A stretch of DNA of 64,000 nt. Source: Acidobacteriota bacterium. GTDB lineage: Bacteria; Acidobacteriota; UBA890; WLXD01. Every line of letters starts with the position of its first letter. Within the stretch, counting starts at the first letter, position 1. The notes beneath the pieces are model-generated. The model was given only the letters and a program-made list of their open reading frames with translations. It had not been told where the DNA came from and did not search any database. The stretch spans positions 1,248,001-1,312,000 of the forward strand of contig CBDBHB010000008.1 in the NCBI GenBank assembly GCA_965205505.1, written 5' to 3'. Position numbers and translations under genes: made by a program. This document shows positions 8,612 to 18,883 of the stretch, piece by piece.

Positions 8612-8992
8612 TCAGTCAAGAATCTCGCCGATCAGAGCGATGTTGGACACCGCCAGGACGAACGCGGCGGCACCATCAGTACGATTGCTCACCGAGTACG
8701 AGTGCTCGATGTTGATCCCAGCCTCGCCGAGCTCCTGCGCGATCTCTGCCAGGTTGCCGGGCTCGTCGGGAACCACGAGCCGCAGCACATCGACTAGCTC
8801 GACAGCGAACCCCGCCTCGGTCAAGAGCTCAGCGGCTCGCTCCGGGTCGCTCGTGAGGACGTGGGCAGTAGGTTCCCACACGGCGAAGCCGACGATGTTG
8901 ATTCCGCTGGCGCCGAGCGTCTCGGAAATCCTTCCCAATACGCCGGGCTCGTCGGCCACCCGGATCCTCAGCTCGCGCGCAGCCGCCATCAT
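8612..8992 (-). CDS. Tandem ACT-domain protein
   Basis: Two DEPGxL...LGxxGINI ACT motifs. Confidence 0.85.
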   Translation of the reverse strand: MMAAARELRIRVADEPGVLGRISETLGASGINIVGFAVWEPTAHVLTSDPERAAELLTEAGFAVELVDVLRLVVPDEPGNLAEIAQELGEAGINIEHSYSVSNRTDGAAAFVLAVSNIALIGEILD

Positions 8993-9178
8993 CCCTCCAC
9001 GGTGAGCCCCACCGGGGCACATCGTAGCAGCCGCCCGCAGGACACAGTAGAGGATGGGCCGTGGCCAGCAGTGGCGCATGCAGGTGGCATGGCGTCAGCA
9101 CGGCATGCCGTCGTGATGACAACGATGGCCTATCGTAGCGGCTCGAGTGGCCTTGCTACGCAACAGCAGGTGGTGACG

Positions 9179-9397
9179 ATGAGGTTCCGCGTCAAAGTGA
9201 ACGCAAGCTCCAAGTCAGAGGGGGTGCGCCTGCTCGAGGAAGGCTTCTACCAGATACGTACGCACGCCCCGGCTGAAGGGGGCAAGGCCAACCGACGTGT
9301 GCTGGAGCTTCTGGCGCGCGAGCTCGGATGCAGCTGCGATCGCCTGCGCATCGTGGCCGGATCCAGCAGCTCGCTGAAGCAGGTGGAATGGGTCTGA
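9179..9397 (+). CDS. DUF167 (YggU/UPF0235) family protein
   Basis: APAEGGKAN...IVAGSSSSLK motifs. Confidence 0.85.
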   Translation: MRFRVKVNASSKSEGVRLLEEGFYQIRTHAPAEGGKANRRVLELLARELGCSCDRLRIVAGSSSSLKQVEWV

Positions 9398-9417
9398 GCC
9401 CCGCAACGTTGCCCGCG

Positions 9418-10068
9418 TCAGACGAGCACGGGTCCGCGCGCAACGCGGCGCGCTAGCATCAGACCCCACGGCCCCCAGAGTACGTACGCCATGCGGACGG
9501 GCGCCGCGCCGACCGGCACCTCCAGCATCAAGTGGGCCCCCACGGCAGCGATCGACAACACCGCGAAGACACTCGACAGATACCCGAAGGCGCGTCCGGA
9601 CGCGCGTGCGCCGAGCGCCGTGCCATTCGTCCTGCCTAGCACGTGCCATCCGATCATCGCCCACCAGGCCCCAACGGCCAGGACAGCCATCACCTCGCTC
9701 AATACGATCGGCCAGTCGGCAAGATCAGCGAGCAGTCCTACACCCGACACCAGAAAGCCCGCAGCCCCGAGGAGAGCCCACGAGCGCAGCTGCCTAGCCC
9801 TTCGAGGCAACACTGGCCTGGCGCCAAGTGCCACCGACGCGGCGGCCAGTGCCACGGCGGCCAATGCGAACCCCCAGCCCACTACGAGCCCGGATCGGCC
9901 TGCAAGATGGGAGAACAGCGCTACCGTAGACACGAGCGCGAGCGTACCGCCCGCGAGTGCGGAGCGCGCCACCGGAAGCTGCCAGCCAAACGCGGGATCG
10001 TCGTTGTTCGCGGCGACCTGCGGATCCGCGCCAGCGTTTTCTATCGAGCCTTCGTCGCTGGGTTCCAT
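9418..10068 (-). CDS. Hypothetical integral membrane protein
   Basis: About 6 hydrophobic segments; no family recognised. Confidence 0.55.
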   Translation of the reverse strand: MEPSDEGSIENAGADPQVAANNDDPAFGWQLPVARSALAGGTLALVSTVALFSHLAGRSGLVVGWGFALAAVALAAASVALGARPVLPRRARQLRSWALLGAAGFLVSGVGLLADLADWPIVLSEVMAVLAVGAWWAMIGWHVLGRTNGTALGARASGRAFGYLSSVFAVLSIAAVGAHLMLEVPVGAAPVRMAYVLWGPWGLMLARRVARGPVLV

Positions 10069-10179
10069 CGGTCACCGGTTACGGGGCCGAGATCCTCCAA
10101 GAATACCAGCTTGTGTCCTGTAACAGGACACTAAGGGCGCAGGGCAACCGAGAGCCGGCAATGAGCCGGCGCCACGTTC

Positions 10180-10706
10180 TCAGGTGAGCAGCACGAAAGC
10201 CGCCGCTGAGGCGGCAACTTGGATCGTGAAGTTATCGAGGCCGTGGTTGCTAACCGCCTCAACAAGCGCACCGAAGACGCCGCACGCAACGCCGGCGGCC
10301 ACCGCCATCCCGGCGGAGAGCCCGAACAAGCAGAGCCCCGCTGCTGCAGCAATCGCATCGCCCCAACCGCAGACCAAGTAGCCCACGAACGCGAACTGGG
10401 GAAAGAACAGATTGCTAGCCAGCCCGCCAGCAGCCGTCGTAGCCAACGGTACGAGGATAAACAGCGATCTGCGGGGCCGATCGGTGTCGCGTACCATCGC
10501 CTCGTAGATCGGATAGCCGTCGCCGCGCCATACCGAGTAGTGCACGATCGAGGCGACCAAGCTGCCGAATAGCGACACTGCCGGGAGACCTGGAACCCCT
10601 CGCGGTTCAGAAGAAACTCGAACACGTAGGCCATGTCGATGTCGTCCTCGGCTACCATCAGACGAGGAATGTGCAATCGGCTCACCGGCTCGGCTCCTAG
10701 AATCAT
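10180..10706 (-). pseudogene. Chimeric remnant: response-regulator N-terminus joined to a phytol/dolichol-kinase-like fragment
   Basis: RLMVAEDD...FLLNREGFQV (REC start) abuts GYLVCGWGDA...VEAVSNHGLDNF (CTP-transferase-like kinase motifs); segments expected between them are missing. Confidence 0.55.
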
Positions 10707-10870
10707 CTCTAACGTCGTTCGCCCTGGGCGGGTGACCGCGTTGATACGCAGGGTGTCAACAGCGATGCTAACAACGTGCGTTGAACACCAGAAGCTAAGT
10801 TTTATTATTATTATTTTTTATTGGTTATTATTAGATAAACTTAGACATTAAAAGATGTCTGAGGACGGCC

Positions 10871-11698
10871 ATGGACGCCGATCTTAGCGGCCTGCTCGAA
10901 TTCGCTGTCTCTATGGCGCACCAGGCTGGTCGCACAACGCTGCGCTATTTCGACGCCGCCATGCACATCGAGCTCAAGGCGGATTCCACACCGGTGACAC
11001 AGGCCGATCGTGAGGCCGAACAACTGTGTCGAGTGCTGATAGAGGCTCGCTTCCCCGACGATGGCATCGTCGGCGAGGAGTTCGGTGCCTGCCGCGTCGA
11101 CGCGGCGCGCCGATGGATCATCGACCCGATCGACGGCACCAAGAGCTTCATCCGAGGCGTGCCCCTGTACGGCGTGCTGATCGCGCTCGAGCAGGCGGGC
11201 CGACCGGTGCTCGGCGTGGTCCATTTCCCGGCCCTTTCGGAGACGGTGGCGGCAGCCCGTGGAAGCGGTTGCTACTGGAACGGACGCCGCGCTCGGGTAT
11301 CAGAGGTTGGCACTCTCAAGGACGCGCTAGTGCTGAGCACCGATGCCGAGTCGTTCGCCGAGGAGGGTCGTGGGTCGGAATGGGACCGGTTAACGACCTG
11401 CGCCGCGATGGCGCGAACGTGGGGAGATTGCTACGGCCACGCGCTCGTCGCCACAGGTCGCGCTGAAGCGATGCTCGACCCGGTTCTGGCGCTGTGGGAC
11501 TCTGCCGCGCTGCTCCCCATCGTCGAGGAAGCTGGCGGTGTATTCACCGATTGGGCAGGCCGGCCGATACATGATGGGGGTTCCGGAATCGCCACCAACG
11601 CAGCGCTGGCACAGGAGATTCGAGGGCTGCTCGGCGTCGGCGACTCGGTTTCCTCCAGGGGTCACGGTAGTTGCGCGGACGACCCGGTGGCACAATAG
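10871..11698 (+). CDS. hisN: Histidinol-phosphatase, inositol monophosphatase family
   Basis: KADSTPVTQADR, GEEFG, WIIDPIDGTKSF, WGDCYG, WDSAAL. Confidence 0.8.
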   Translation: MDADLSGLLEFAVSMAHQAGRTTLRYFDAAMHIELKADSTPVTQADREAEQLCRVLIEARFPDDGIVGEEFGACRVDAARRWIIDPIDGTKSFIRGVPLYGVLIALEQAGRPVLGVVHFPALSETVAAARGSGCYWNGRRARVSEVGTLKDALVLSTDAESFAEEGRGSEWDRLTTCAAMARTWGDCYGHALVATGRAEAMLDPVLALWDSAALLPIVEEAGGVFTDWAGRPIHDGGSGIATNAALAQEIRGLLGVGDSVSSRGHGSCADDPVAQ

Positions 11699-11704
11699 GC
11701 ATCC

Positions 11705-12865
11705 ATGGACCAGGAGCTCGAGGAACTAGTACGCCCACGCATCGAGGACAGCTACCTCCGCATCCTCGTGGTTGAAGAGGATCCCGAGCTCCGATCCCTG
11801 GTGGTTTCCACGCTTGCCCACTTCGGGTTCGGTTGCCAGGAGGCCACCGATGCCGGTGATGCGCTACGCGTCCTGCGCGAGGCTGCTGCCGGTCGCGACG
11901 ATAGTCCGCTACAGGCCGAGGGGGGCACGCTCACACCGATCGGCGGACGTTACGCCAGCCTGACGTGCGAGTTCGGGATGGTGATCTGTGACGTGCGGAT
12001 GCCCGACCGCGACGGACTCTGGTTTCTCGACCAGGTGCTCACCACGTACCCGGACGTGTCGGTCATCATGCTGACGTCCGTGGATCGCAGCCGTCTGGCA
12101 GTCGAGTGCCTGCGCCGCGGGGCCACTGACTACCTGGTCAAACCCATCGACATGGACGATCTGCTGATCTCCGTCCATCAAGGGCTGGAACGACGGCGCC
12201 TGGTGATCGAGAACCAGCTCTATCAGACGAAGCTCGAACGCATGGTTCAGGATCGGACGTTCGAACTACGACGTGCCCTCGACAAGCTGCGCGACAGCTA
12301 CAACGAGACGCTCACAGCCCTGGCGGCCGCGCTGGACGCACGCGAGCAGGAGACTGCCAACCACTCGGTGCGTGTTTCCGAGGGCTGCACCCGGCTGCTC
12401 CGTCGGCTCGGCATAGACGATGACGAAACGCTACAGGTGATCGAGGCCGGCGCGTTGCTGCACGACATCGGCAAGATCGGCATCCCCGACTCGATCTTGC
12501 TCAAGGAGGGCCCGTTGGACGTAAGCGAGCGCGCCGTGATGAAGCGCCATCCGCAGATCGGCTACGACATGCTGCGCGGCATCCGCTTCCTCGATCCGTC
12601 GTTGGAGCTCGTCCTCTACCACCAAGAGCGCTACGACGGCACTGGGTATCCGCATGGCTTGGCCGGAGAGCACATTCCCCTGGCGGCGCGCGCCTTCGCC
12701 GTCGTCGACGCCTGGGATGCGATGACCAACACCCGCCCTTACCGTCAGGCAATGACGGCGAAGCTGGCGGCAGAGGAGCTGCGCTCGTGCGCTGGCGCGC
12801 ACTTTGACCCGGTGGTCGTCGAGGCGTTCCTCGATATGAAACGTTCCGAAGGGGCCCTCATCTGA
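11705..12865 (+). CDS. Response regulator with HD-GYP phosphodiesterase domain (RpfG-like)
   Basis: REC domain (CDVRMP, DYLVKP), HDIGKIG, ERYDGTGYP. Confidence 0.9.
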   Translation: MDQELEELVRPRIEDSYLRILVVEEDPELRSLVVSTLAHFGFGCQEATDAGDALRVLREAAAGRDDSPLQAEGGTLTPIGGRYASLTCEFGMVICDVRMPDRDGLWFLDQVLTTYPDVSVIMLTSVDRSRLAVECLRRGATDYLVKPIDMDDLLISVHQGLERRRLVIENQLYQTKLERMVQDRTFELRRALDKLRDSYNETLTALAAALDAREQETANHSVRVSEGCTRLLRRLGIDDDETLQVIEAGALLHDIGKIGIPDSILLKEGPLDVSERAVMKRHPQIGYDMLRGIRFLDPSLELVLYHQERYDGTGYPHGLAGEHIPLAARAFAVVDAWDAMTNTRPYRQAMTAKLAAEELRSCAGAHFDPVVVEAFLDMKRSEGALI

Positions 12866-14151
12866 GCCCACCCAGCGAGCGAGCGCCGCGCAGAGAGCTG
12901 TTTGCCTGGTGCACGTTCGACTTCGCGAACTCCGGATACACCACCGTCATCATCACGGCCGTCTACAGCGTCTACTTCGTCAGCGTAGTGGCCGAGAATC
13001 GCCCCGAGGCGACCCTCGTCTGGACGCTGGCGCTCTCGGTCTCCTACCTGCTGGTGCTCATCACCGCGCCGCTGCTGGGTGCCATCGCCGACCACTCGGC
13101 CAGCAAGAAGCGGCTGCTCGTGTGGACCACCAGCTTGTGCGTGCTCGCCACGGCTGCGCTGGTAACAACCGGGCGCGGTGATATCTGGCTCGCCTGCGGC
13201 TTGATCATCGTGTCCAACACCTTCTATGCGGCGGGCGAGAACCTGATCGCCGCCTTCTTGCCCGACCTGGCGCCGCCCGAAGACATAGGGAAGCTGTCTG
13301 GATACGGCTGGGCCTGGGGTTACATCGGCGGGCTGGTGGCGCTTGCACTGTGCTTGGTTTATCTACGAACGGCCGTCGCCGGCGGCGCGGTGGAGGCAGA
13401 GGTCGTCCCGAACACCGCATTGATCGTCGCAGGCCTTTTCGCAGTGGCCGTAGTGCCGTCCTTCCTATGGCTTCGTGAGCCCCGCGCCAGCGGTCAGCTG
13501 AACAGCTTTTCGGAGTATGTGGGGGTCGGCTTCTCGCGCCTTCGGACAACGCTACGAGAAGCGCGTCGATTCGGCGACCTGTTCCGATTGTTGCTCTGCA
13601 TCGGCGCGTACAGCGCCGGGGTGACGGTCGTGACCACGGTCGCGGGAGTGTACGCACAACAAGTGCTTCAACTCAGCCAGGTCGAGACGATATCTCTACT
13701 GGTAGTGGTCAACCTGAGCGCCGCAGCCGGCGCCTTCGCCTTCGGCTACATACAGGACCGATTCGGCTCCAAGCGGACGATCGCCATCACGCTGCTGCTG
13801 TGGATCGCAACTACGTTGGGTGCGGCATTCATCGACACCACCATGCAGCTGTTCGTCATCGGAAATATGGCCGGCGTGGCCATCGGATCGAGCCAGTCGG
13901 CCGGCCGCGCGATGGTGGCGCTGTTCTCGCCTGGTGCCAAGGCAGCGGAGTTCTTCGGTCTCTGGGGGATGGCTGTGAAGGCCGCATCAATCGTCGGCCC
14001 GCTGACCTACGGGATAACCAACTACGCCACCGGCTCACACCGCATCGCCCTGGCGATCACCACCGTGTTCTTTCTCGCCGGCCTGGCGTTGTTGTGGCAG
14101 ATTGACGAGGAGCGTGGACGCCGAGTAGCCGAAGCCTACGTCGAAGGCTGA
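12862..14151 (+). CDS. MFS transporter, UMF1/ATG22-like family
   Basis: AWCTFDFANSGYTT family N-terminal motif lies upstream of the track start (12988); frame is open from a CTG at 12862 that overlaps the previous TGA. Confidence 0.85.
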   Translation: MSPPSERAPRRELFAWCTFDFANSGYTTVIITAVYSVYFVSVVAENRPEATLVWTLALSVSYLLVLITAPLLGAIADHSASKKRLLVWTTSLCVLATAALVTTGRGDIWLACGLIIVSNTFYAAGENLIAAFLPDLAPPEDIGKLSGYGWAWGYIGGLVALALCLVYLRTAVAGGAVEAEVVPNTALIVAGLFAVAVVPSFLWLREPRASGQLNSFSEYVGVGFSRLRTTLREARRFGDLFRLLLCIGAYSAGVTVVTTVAGVYAQQVLQLSQVETISLLVVVNLSAAAGAFAFGYIQDRFGSKRTIAITLLLWIATTLGAAFIDTTMQLFVIGNMAGVAIGSSQSAGRAMVALFSPGAKAAEFFGLWGMAVKAASIVGPLTYGITNYATGSHRIALAITTVFFLAGLALLWQIDEERGRRVAEAYVEG

Positions 14152-17018
14152 GGCGGTATGGCCGCAACGACGCGGTTTCGCCCGCCCGATTTGGCCCGAT
14201 ACATCGCCTCATCGGCACGCTTGAGCAAATCCTCCGCGATCGCGTCGTCGTAGCGCGACGGCGAGGAAATCGTCGCCACACCCACCGAGATCGTGACGGT
14301 CAGGTCGTGGCCGTCGAATCGGAGCCGCTCACCCTCCACTTCGGAGCGCAGCTTCTCGGCCAGGAACCGGGCGCCTTCGGCTCCGGTGTTCGGCAGCAGG
14401 ATGGCGAACTCCTCGCCGCCGAATCGCGCTGGAAGATCGGTGGCACGCACGGTCTGCGCGAGCCCTCGCGCCACCAGTCGCAACACCTCGTCGCCGGCGG
14501 CGTGGCCAAAGCGATCGTTGACCGTCTTGAATCGGTCGAGGTCGAGCACCAGCAGCGACAGATGCTGGTCGGTCGGGACACGCGTCAGCTTGCGTAACTC
14601 GCGTTCCAAGCTGTCGAGGAAGAACCGCCGGTTCGGTAGGCCTGTCAGCTCGTCGGTAGTCGCCATACGCTCGAGCTGGGCGTTTTTCTCGACCAGTTCG
14701 CGTGTGCGGACGTCGACCTTGCGACGCAGTCGGCGGCGATCGTCCTCGATGTGCCGCAACCTGCCTCTGAACAACACGCCGACAAGGAGCAGCGAGAGAA
14801 CCGCCAAGGCGACGCGAAACCAGATCGTCTCCCACACCGCTGGCCGTACCACAAAGCGCACGCGGGCAGGCTCCCTACTCCACAAGCCACTCTCGTTGAT
14901 CGCCTGCAACTCGAAGGTGTACTCGCGCGGGGCAAGGTCCACGAACGTAACGCTGCGCTCCTCCGTGGGGCGTGACCAGACGTCCGACTGTCCGATCAGT
15001 CGGTACTGGAAACGACTGCTCGATTCATCTCGATACGACAGCGCGCTGTACGCGATGGTTACGTCGTTGTGCTCAGGAGGAAGGTCGGCAAGCACGGACT
15101 GGGTTGCCGGCTCGCCGTCGACGAGCACGTGGCGAATCACCACCGCCGGCGGCACCGTCGGCGCAACGCGAACACCGGGGCGAAAGACCGTCAGCCCTGC
15201 GGGGGTACCGAACCAGAGGCGTCCGTCATCGCCCGCAACGGCGGCGCCAGGGTTGCCGGCTGCGGCAACCAGCCCATCTCCGAGATCGTAGTGCGACACA
15301 CCCAGCGACGGATCCCAGCGATCGAGGCCACGGTTGGTGTACAGCCAAACGCGCCCACGGCGATCAACCACTACTTGATGTACGAAATCACTGGCCAGCC
15401 CGTTGCCGTCACGTGTGAGCGCCGAAGTACTGCCGTCTGGCAGGAACCGGATGGCGCCGTGGCCGTTCGTCGCCACCCACACACTGCCGTCGGGCGCCGG
15501 TGCCAGGGACCAAACTGGCGACCGTTGCCAGCCCTCGTCCTTGTCGGGCCGTACGAACCCGCCGTCGATTTGCAGCCATACGCCGCGATCTCGGGTTCCG
15601 ACCCACAGGCGCCCTCGACTGTCGTTTGCGAGGGCGGTCACCGGTGCGTCGGCCAGGCGCGGGCCGGCCGGCGCTGGCATGATGCGATCGCCGATCACAC
15701 GATGCAGGCCGCTGTCGGTCCCCACCCAAACGGTGTCCCCGTGACGATGCAGCGCTCGCACCGCCGGACCGCGTATGAGGCGCGGGCTCCTGCCACGCGG
15801 AGCCCGCAGCAGGCCACGTGTCGTGCCGACGATCAACTCCTCCGTCGTGGCTACAAGCGCCGTGATCTGCCCGGCAGCATCAGCATTCACGTCGAGCGCA
15901 AGGCTCGGTTCCTCACTCCCTCGGAACGAAACGATCCCATCTCGGGTGGCGGCCCACACGGTTCCTGTCGCATCGGTATCGAGCGCTACCACGAAGTCGC
16001 CCCGCATGCCGTGAGCGATCATATAGGTCACAAAGCTCGAAGCCACCAGCTTGGCAGCGCCGCCATCCGTCCCGAACCAGACGTTGCCTTCATGGTCTAC
16101 CAGCACCGCGTTGACGCGGTCATCACCCAGCCCGGCGCGGACGTCGTATACCTCGACAGCCGGTGGGCGCCAGTGGACCGCGCCGCGATCGGTGCCGAAC
16201 CACAGGTCGCCTTCCGGCGAGCGCGCCGCACCAAGCATGTGCGTGCCCTTCGCCTCAGGCACTGGGTCGAGCCGACCACCAACCAGCCGGTACAGTCCGC
16301 GGTCGGTTCCGACCCACAGCAAGCCGCCACTGTCGACGATCAGCACCGTGACCGCGGCGCCGGCAGGCAAGCCGACATCCTCGCGTAGCAGCCGGTCACG
16401 GTGCAGGCGATACAGTCCACCAGGGCCGCCGACCCACGTCCGAGACGACGGGTCCACGACCACCGCCGTACAGCATCCTGGCGGAACTTCAGACTCGGGT
16501 ACGACGCGCCGTGGACCTTCCGGCGTAGTTGCTACCAGGCCGCGTGCTGTCGCGAACCAGAGCGAGCCACTGGGATCCGGGTAAATGGAGCGCACCACGG
16601 CACCATCGAGACCATCACCCAGCAGAACGCGAACGACGCCGTCCTCGATGACCCCCACCCCACCTTCACGCGCGGCAAACACGACGCTGCCATCCGCAGC
16701 TTCAGCCAACGCCACGATGGTGCTACCGATCAGACCACCGGCGACGGTGAAGAGGCTGAACTCAGACCCGTCGTACCGCGTCAGACCGCCGCTAGTACCG
16801 AACCAAAGGTAGCCGCGCCGATCCTGCAAGACGCTGTGCACTCGACTCGCCGGTAACCCGGTGGCGACCGTATAGCGAGTGAAGTTGAACTGTTGCGCAG
16901 CGGCGGTCAACGGCCAGGATGCGGCCGACGCGGCGAGTGCCAGGCACACAGGTACAAACACGCTCACACGGCGCGGGCGAGTTCGAACCTGTGGCAAGAA
17001 AGGCACCGTCGTAGCCAT
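14136..17018 (-). CDS. Diguanylate cyclase with extracytoplasmic beta-propeller (Reg_prop) and Y_Y_Y sensor domains
   Basis: Signal peptide, repeated D..G.LWFGT..GL, FQYRL/YTFELQA, TM helix, DLDRFK...RFGGEEF. Confidence 0.92.
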   Translation of the reverse strand: MATTVPFLPQVRTRPRRVSVFVPVCLALAASAASWPLTAAAQQFNFTRYTVATGLPASRVHSVLQDRRGYLWFGTSGGLTRYDGSEFSLFTVAGGLIGSTIVALAEAADGSVVFAAREGGVGVIEDGVVRVLLGDGLDGAVVRSIYPDPSGSLWFATARGLVATTPEGPRRVVPESEVPPGCCTAVVVDPSSRTWVGGPGGLYRLHRDRLLREDVGLPAGAAVTVLIVDSGGLLWVGTDRGLYRLVGGRLDPVPEAKGTHMLGAARSPEGDLWFGTDRGAVHWRPPAVEVYDVRAGLGDDRVNAVLVDHEGNVWFGTDGGAAKLVASSFVTYMIAHGMRGDFVVALDTDATGTVWAATRDGIVSFRGSEEPSLALDVNADAAGQITALVATTEELIVGTTRGLLRAPRGRSPRLIRGPAVRALHRHGDTVWVGTDSGLHRVIGDRIMPAPAGPRLADAPVTALANDSRGRLWVGTRDRGVWLQIDGGFVRPDKDEGWQRSPVWSLAPAPDGSVWVATNGHGAIRFLPDGSTSALTRDGNGLASDFVHQVVVDRRGRVWLYTNRGLDRWDPSLGVSHYDLGDGLVAAAGNPGAAVAGDDGRLWFGTPAGLTVFRPGVRVAPTVPPAVVIRHVLVDGEPATQSVLADLPPEHNDVTIAYSALSYRDESSSRFQYRLIGQSDVWSRPTEERSVTFVDLAPREYTFELQAINESGLWSREPARVRFVVRPAVWETIWFRVALAVLSLLLVGVLFRGRLRHIEDDRRRLRRKVDVRTRELVEKNAQLERMATTDELTGLPNRRFFLDSLERELRKLTRVPTDQHLSLLVLDLDRFKTVNDRFGHAAGDEVLRLVARGLAQTVRATDLPARFGGEEFAILLPNTGAEGARFLAEKLRSEVEGERLRFDGHDLTVTISVGVATISSPSRYDDAIAEDLLKRADEAMYRAKSGGRNRVVAAIPPQPST

Positions 17019-17279
17019 CAGTTTCAGGAATGCCGTCCATGAGTTAGCAATACTGACTAATAATGATTAAATAACTGTAACTCTGATTCAACAGAATCAT
17101 GAATATCCTTTTCTTTTCATTTACAATCATTGATGATTTCAAATAGCTGTGGGGACCGGTCACGAGACCGACTCGGCCCGGTCCGCCTGTCGGTGCGCGC
17201 CATCGGCGATTGGCTTCTGTAGAATCGATGTGAGGCTGGCTCCTTGGAGCCGCCGTCAAGCCCGCTGGGCGAGGAAACG

Positions 17280-17522
17280 ATGCAGAGTCCGCAGCTGCTG
17301 GCACCCGATGAGCTTCAGCGCATCATCGAGACCGCGATCCCGAACGCCACTGTGCTGGTCACCGATCTCACCGGCACGCGCGATCACTATCGAGTGGAGG
17401 TGGTGGCAGAGGAGTTCGAGGGCAAGACGCGGCTACAGCAACACCAGCTCGTATACAAGGCCGTCGGCGACCATATGACGCAGGCAGTCCATGCGCTACA
17501 AATCCGCACGAGAACACCCTAG
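17280..17522 (+). CDS. bolA: BolA family protein
   Basis: DHYRVEVV, FEGKTRLQQHQLVY, VHALQI. Confidence 0.88.
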   Translation: MQSPQLLAPDELQRIIETAIPNATVLVTDLTGTRDHYRVEVVAEEFEGKTRLQQHQLVYKAVGDHMTQAVHALQIRTRTP

Positions 17523-17534
17523 GAGCAGCGTCAA

Positions 17535-17876
17535 ATGAGCGAAGAACTGCGTAGTAGCATCGATGCCGCCGTCGCCAATAGCCCCGTTCACGTCTTCATG
17601 AAGGGAACGCCGGACGCGCCCCAGTGTGGATTTTCCAAGGCGTCCTGCGATGTCTTCCGAGCGCTCGGGGTGGAGTTCACAGCGACCAACGTGCTCGAGA
17701 ACCTGGACGCGTATCGTACCGAGTTGGGGCAGATAACCCAGTGGCCTACGATCCCGCAGATCTTTGTTAACGGAGAGTTCATCGGCGGCTGCGATATCCT
17801 CATCGAGATGTACAACCAGGGCGAGTTGCGCAAGCTGCTGGTGGCCGAGACAGCGGTCGTCCAGGACGGCGAATAG
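17535..17876 (+). CDS. grxD: Monothiol glutaredoxin Grx4
   Basis: FMKGTP..PQCGFS, WPTIPQIFVNGEFIGGCDI. Confidence 0.92.
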   Translation: MSEELRSSIDAAVANSPVHVFMKGTPDAPQCGFSKASCDVFRALGVEFTATNVLENLDAYRTELGQITQWPTIPQIFVNGEFIGGCDILIEMYNQGELRKLLVAETAVVQDGE

Positions 17877-17913
17877 CGCCCCGCACAGTTACCAACGATC
17901 CACCGGGTTCCCC

Positions 17914-18765
17914 GTGAACCTATACCGGCTGCTGGCCGCATTCACACGCGCCCTCGGACGCGCTGGCCACCAGTTCTGGTTCAACAACGGCTTCAACGAC
18001 TGCGCGGCAATCTCGTACTACGCGTTGCTGTCGATCGTACCGTTGGTGGGGCTGGTTATCGGGGTTCTCAGCCTGTTCGTAGGGGTAACCTCGGAGGAGA
18101 TTGAGCAGATCCTCCGCGAAGGCGGCTGGATCGCTCCGGAGTTCGGCGCGGTGATCAACGCCGCAGTCACCGAGCTGCTCCGACACGGCACCAGCATCGG
18201 CCTTGTGTCGCTGGTGACCACGGTGTGGTTCGCGAGCCTGGTGTTCGGCTCCATTCAGACGGCGTTCGACCGAATCTTCCAGACGTTCCATCCGCCACTG
18301 TGGGGGTTGATGAAACCGCGCCTGGTCGCCCTCGCCGCCGCCATTCTGCTGATGCTGAGCTTCGTGTTCAACATCCTGATGACGGTAGTGAGGAGCGTGG
18401 AGGCACCGCTGGCCGCACGCGTGATCGACTTCGTGGAGCGCTCGGCTTTCTTGAACTTCGCCAGCTCCGTTGTGCTCGACATCCTGGTGTTCATGCTCAT
18501 TCTTTACACCCTGCCTCCGCGCCGCCTGCACGATTGGCGAATGGTCATTCCGGCCGCTTTGGTCGGCGCGGTCGGATGGCGCGTCGCCCGCGCCGGCTTC
18601 GGCATCTACCTGAACTACGCCACGACGAGCCTGACCTTCACGGGCTCGGCCGGCGCCGCCGTTATCTTCATGCTCTGGATCTACTACGCAGCGCTCGTGC
18701 TGCTATACAGCGCGGAGCTACTGGTGGCGCTTGATCAGGCCCGCCGGGACAGCCAGGTCGGCTAG
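17914..18765 (+). CDS. YihY/virulence factor BrkB family membrane protein
   Basis: AAISYYALLSIVP and MLWIYYAALVLLYSAEL motifs; GTG start inferred. Confidence 0.85.
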   Translation: MNLYRLLAAFTRALGRAGHQFWFNNGFNDCAAISYYALLSIVPLVGLVIGVLSLFVGVTSEEIEQILREGGWIAPEFGAVINAAVTELLRHGTSIGLVSLVTTVWFASLVFGSIQTAFDRIFQTFHPPLWGLMKPRLVALAAAILLMLSFVFNILMTVVRSVEAPLAARVIDFVERSAFLNFASSVVLDILVFMLILYTLPPRRLHDWRMVIPAALVGAVGWRVARAGFGIYLNYATTSLTFTGSAGAAVIFMLWIYYAALVLLYSAELLVALDQARRDSQVG

Positions 18766-18880
18766 TGGTCTGTAACAGATGATCGTTGCATATCGCAGAT
18801 GGGATTTGCGGGTGAGATCAAGGCGCGGCGAGGAAGGCGATGCAATGGGCATCGTCGACGAGGCGGTGGAAGTGTGGAAG
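18762..18880. repeat. Partial family A MITE with a family C fragment
   Basis: Near-identical to 3314-3417; its CTAG supplies the YihY stop. Confidence 0.8.
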
Positions 18881-18883
18881 GCC

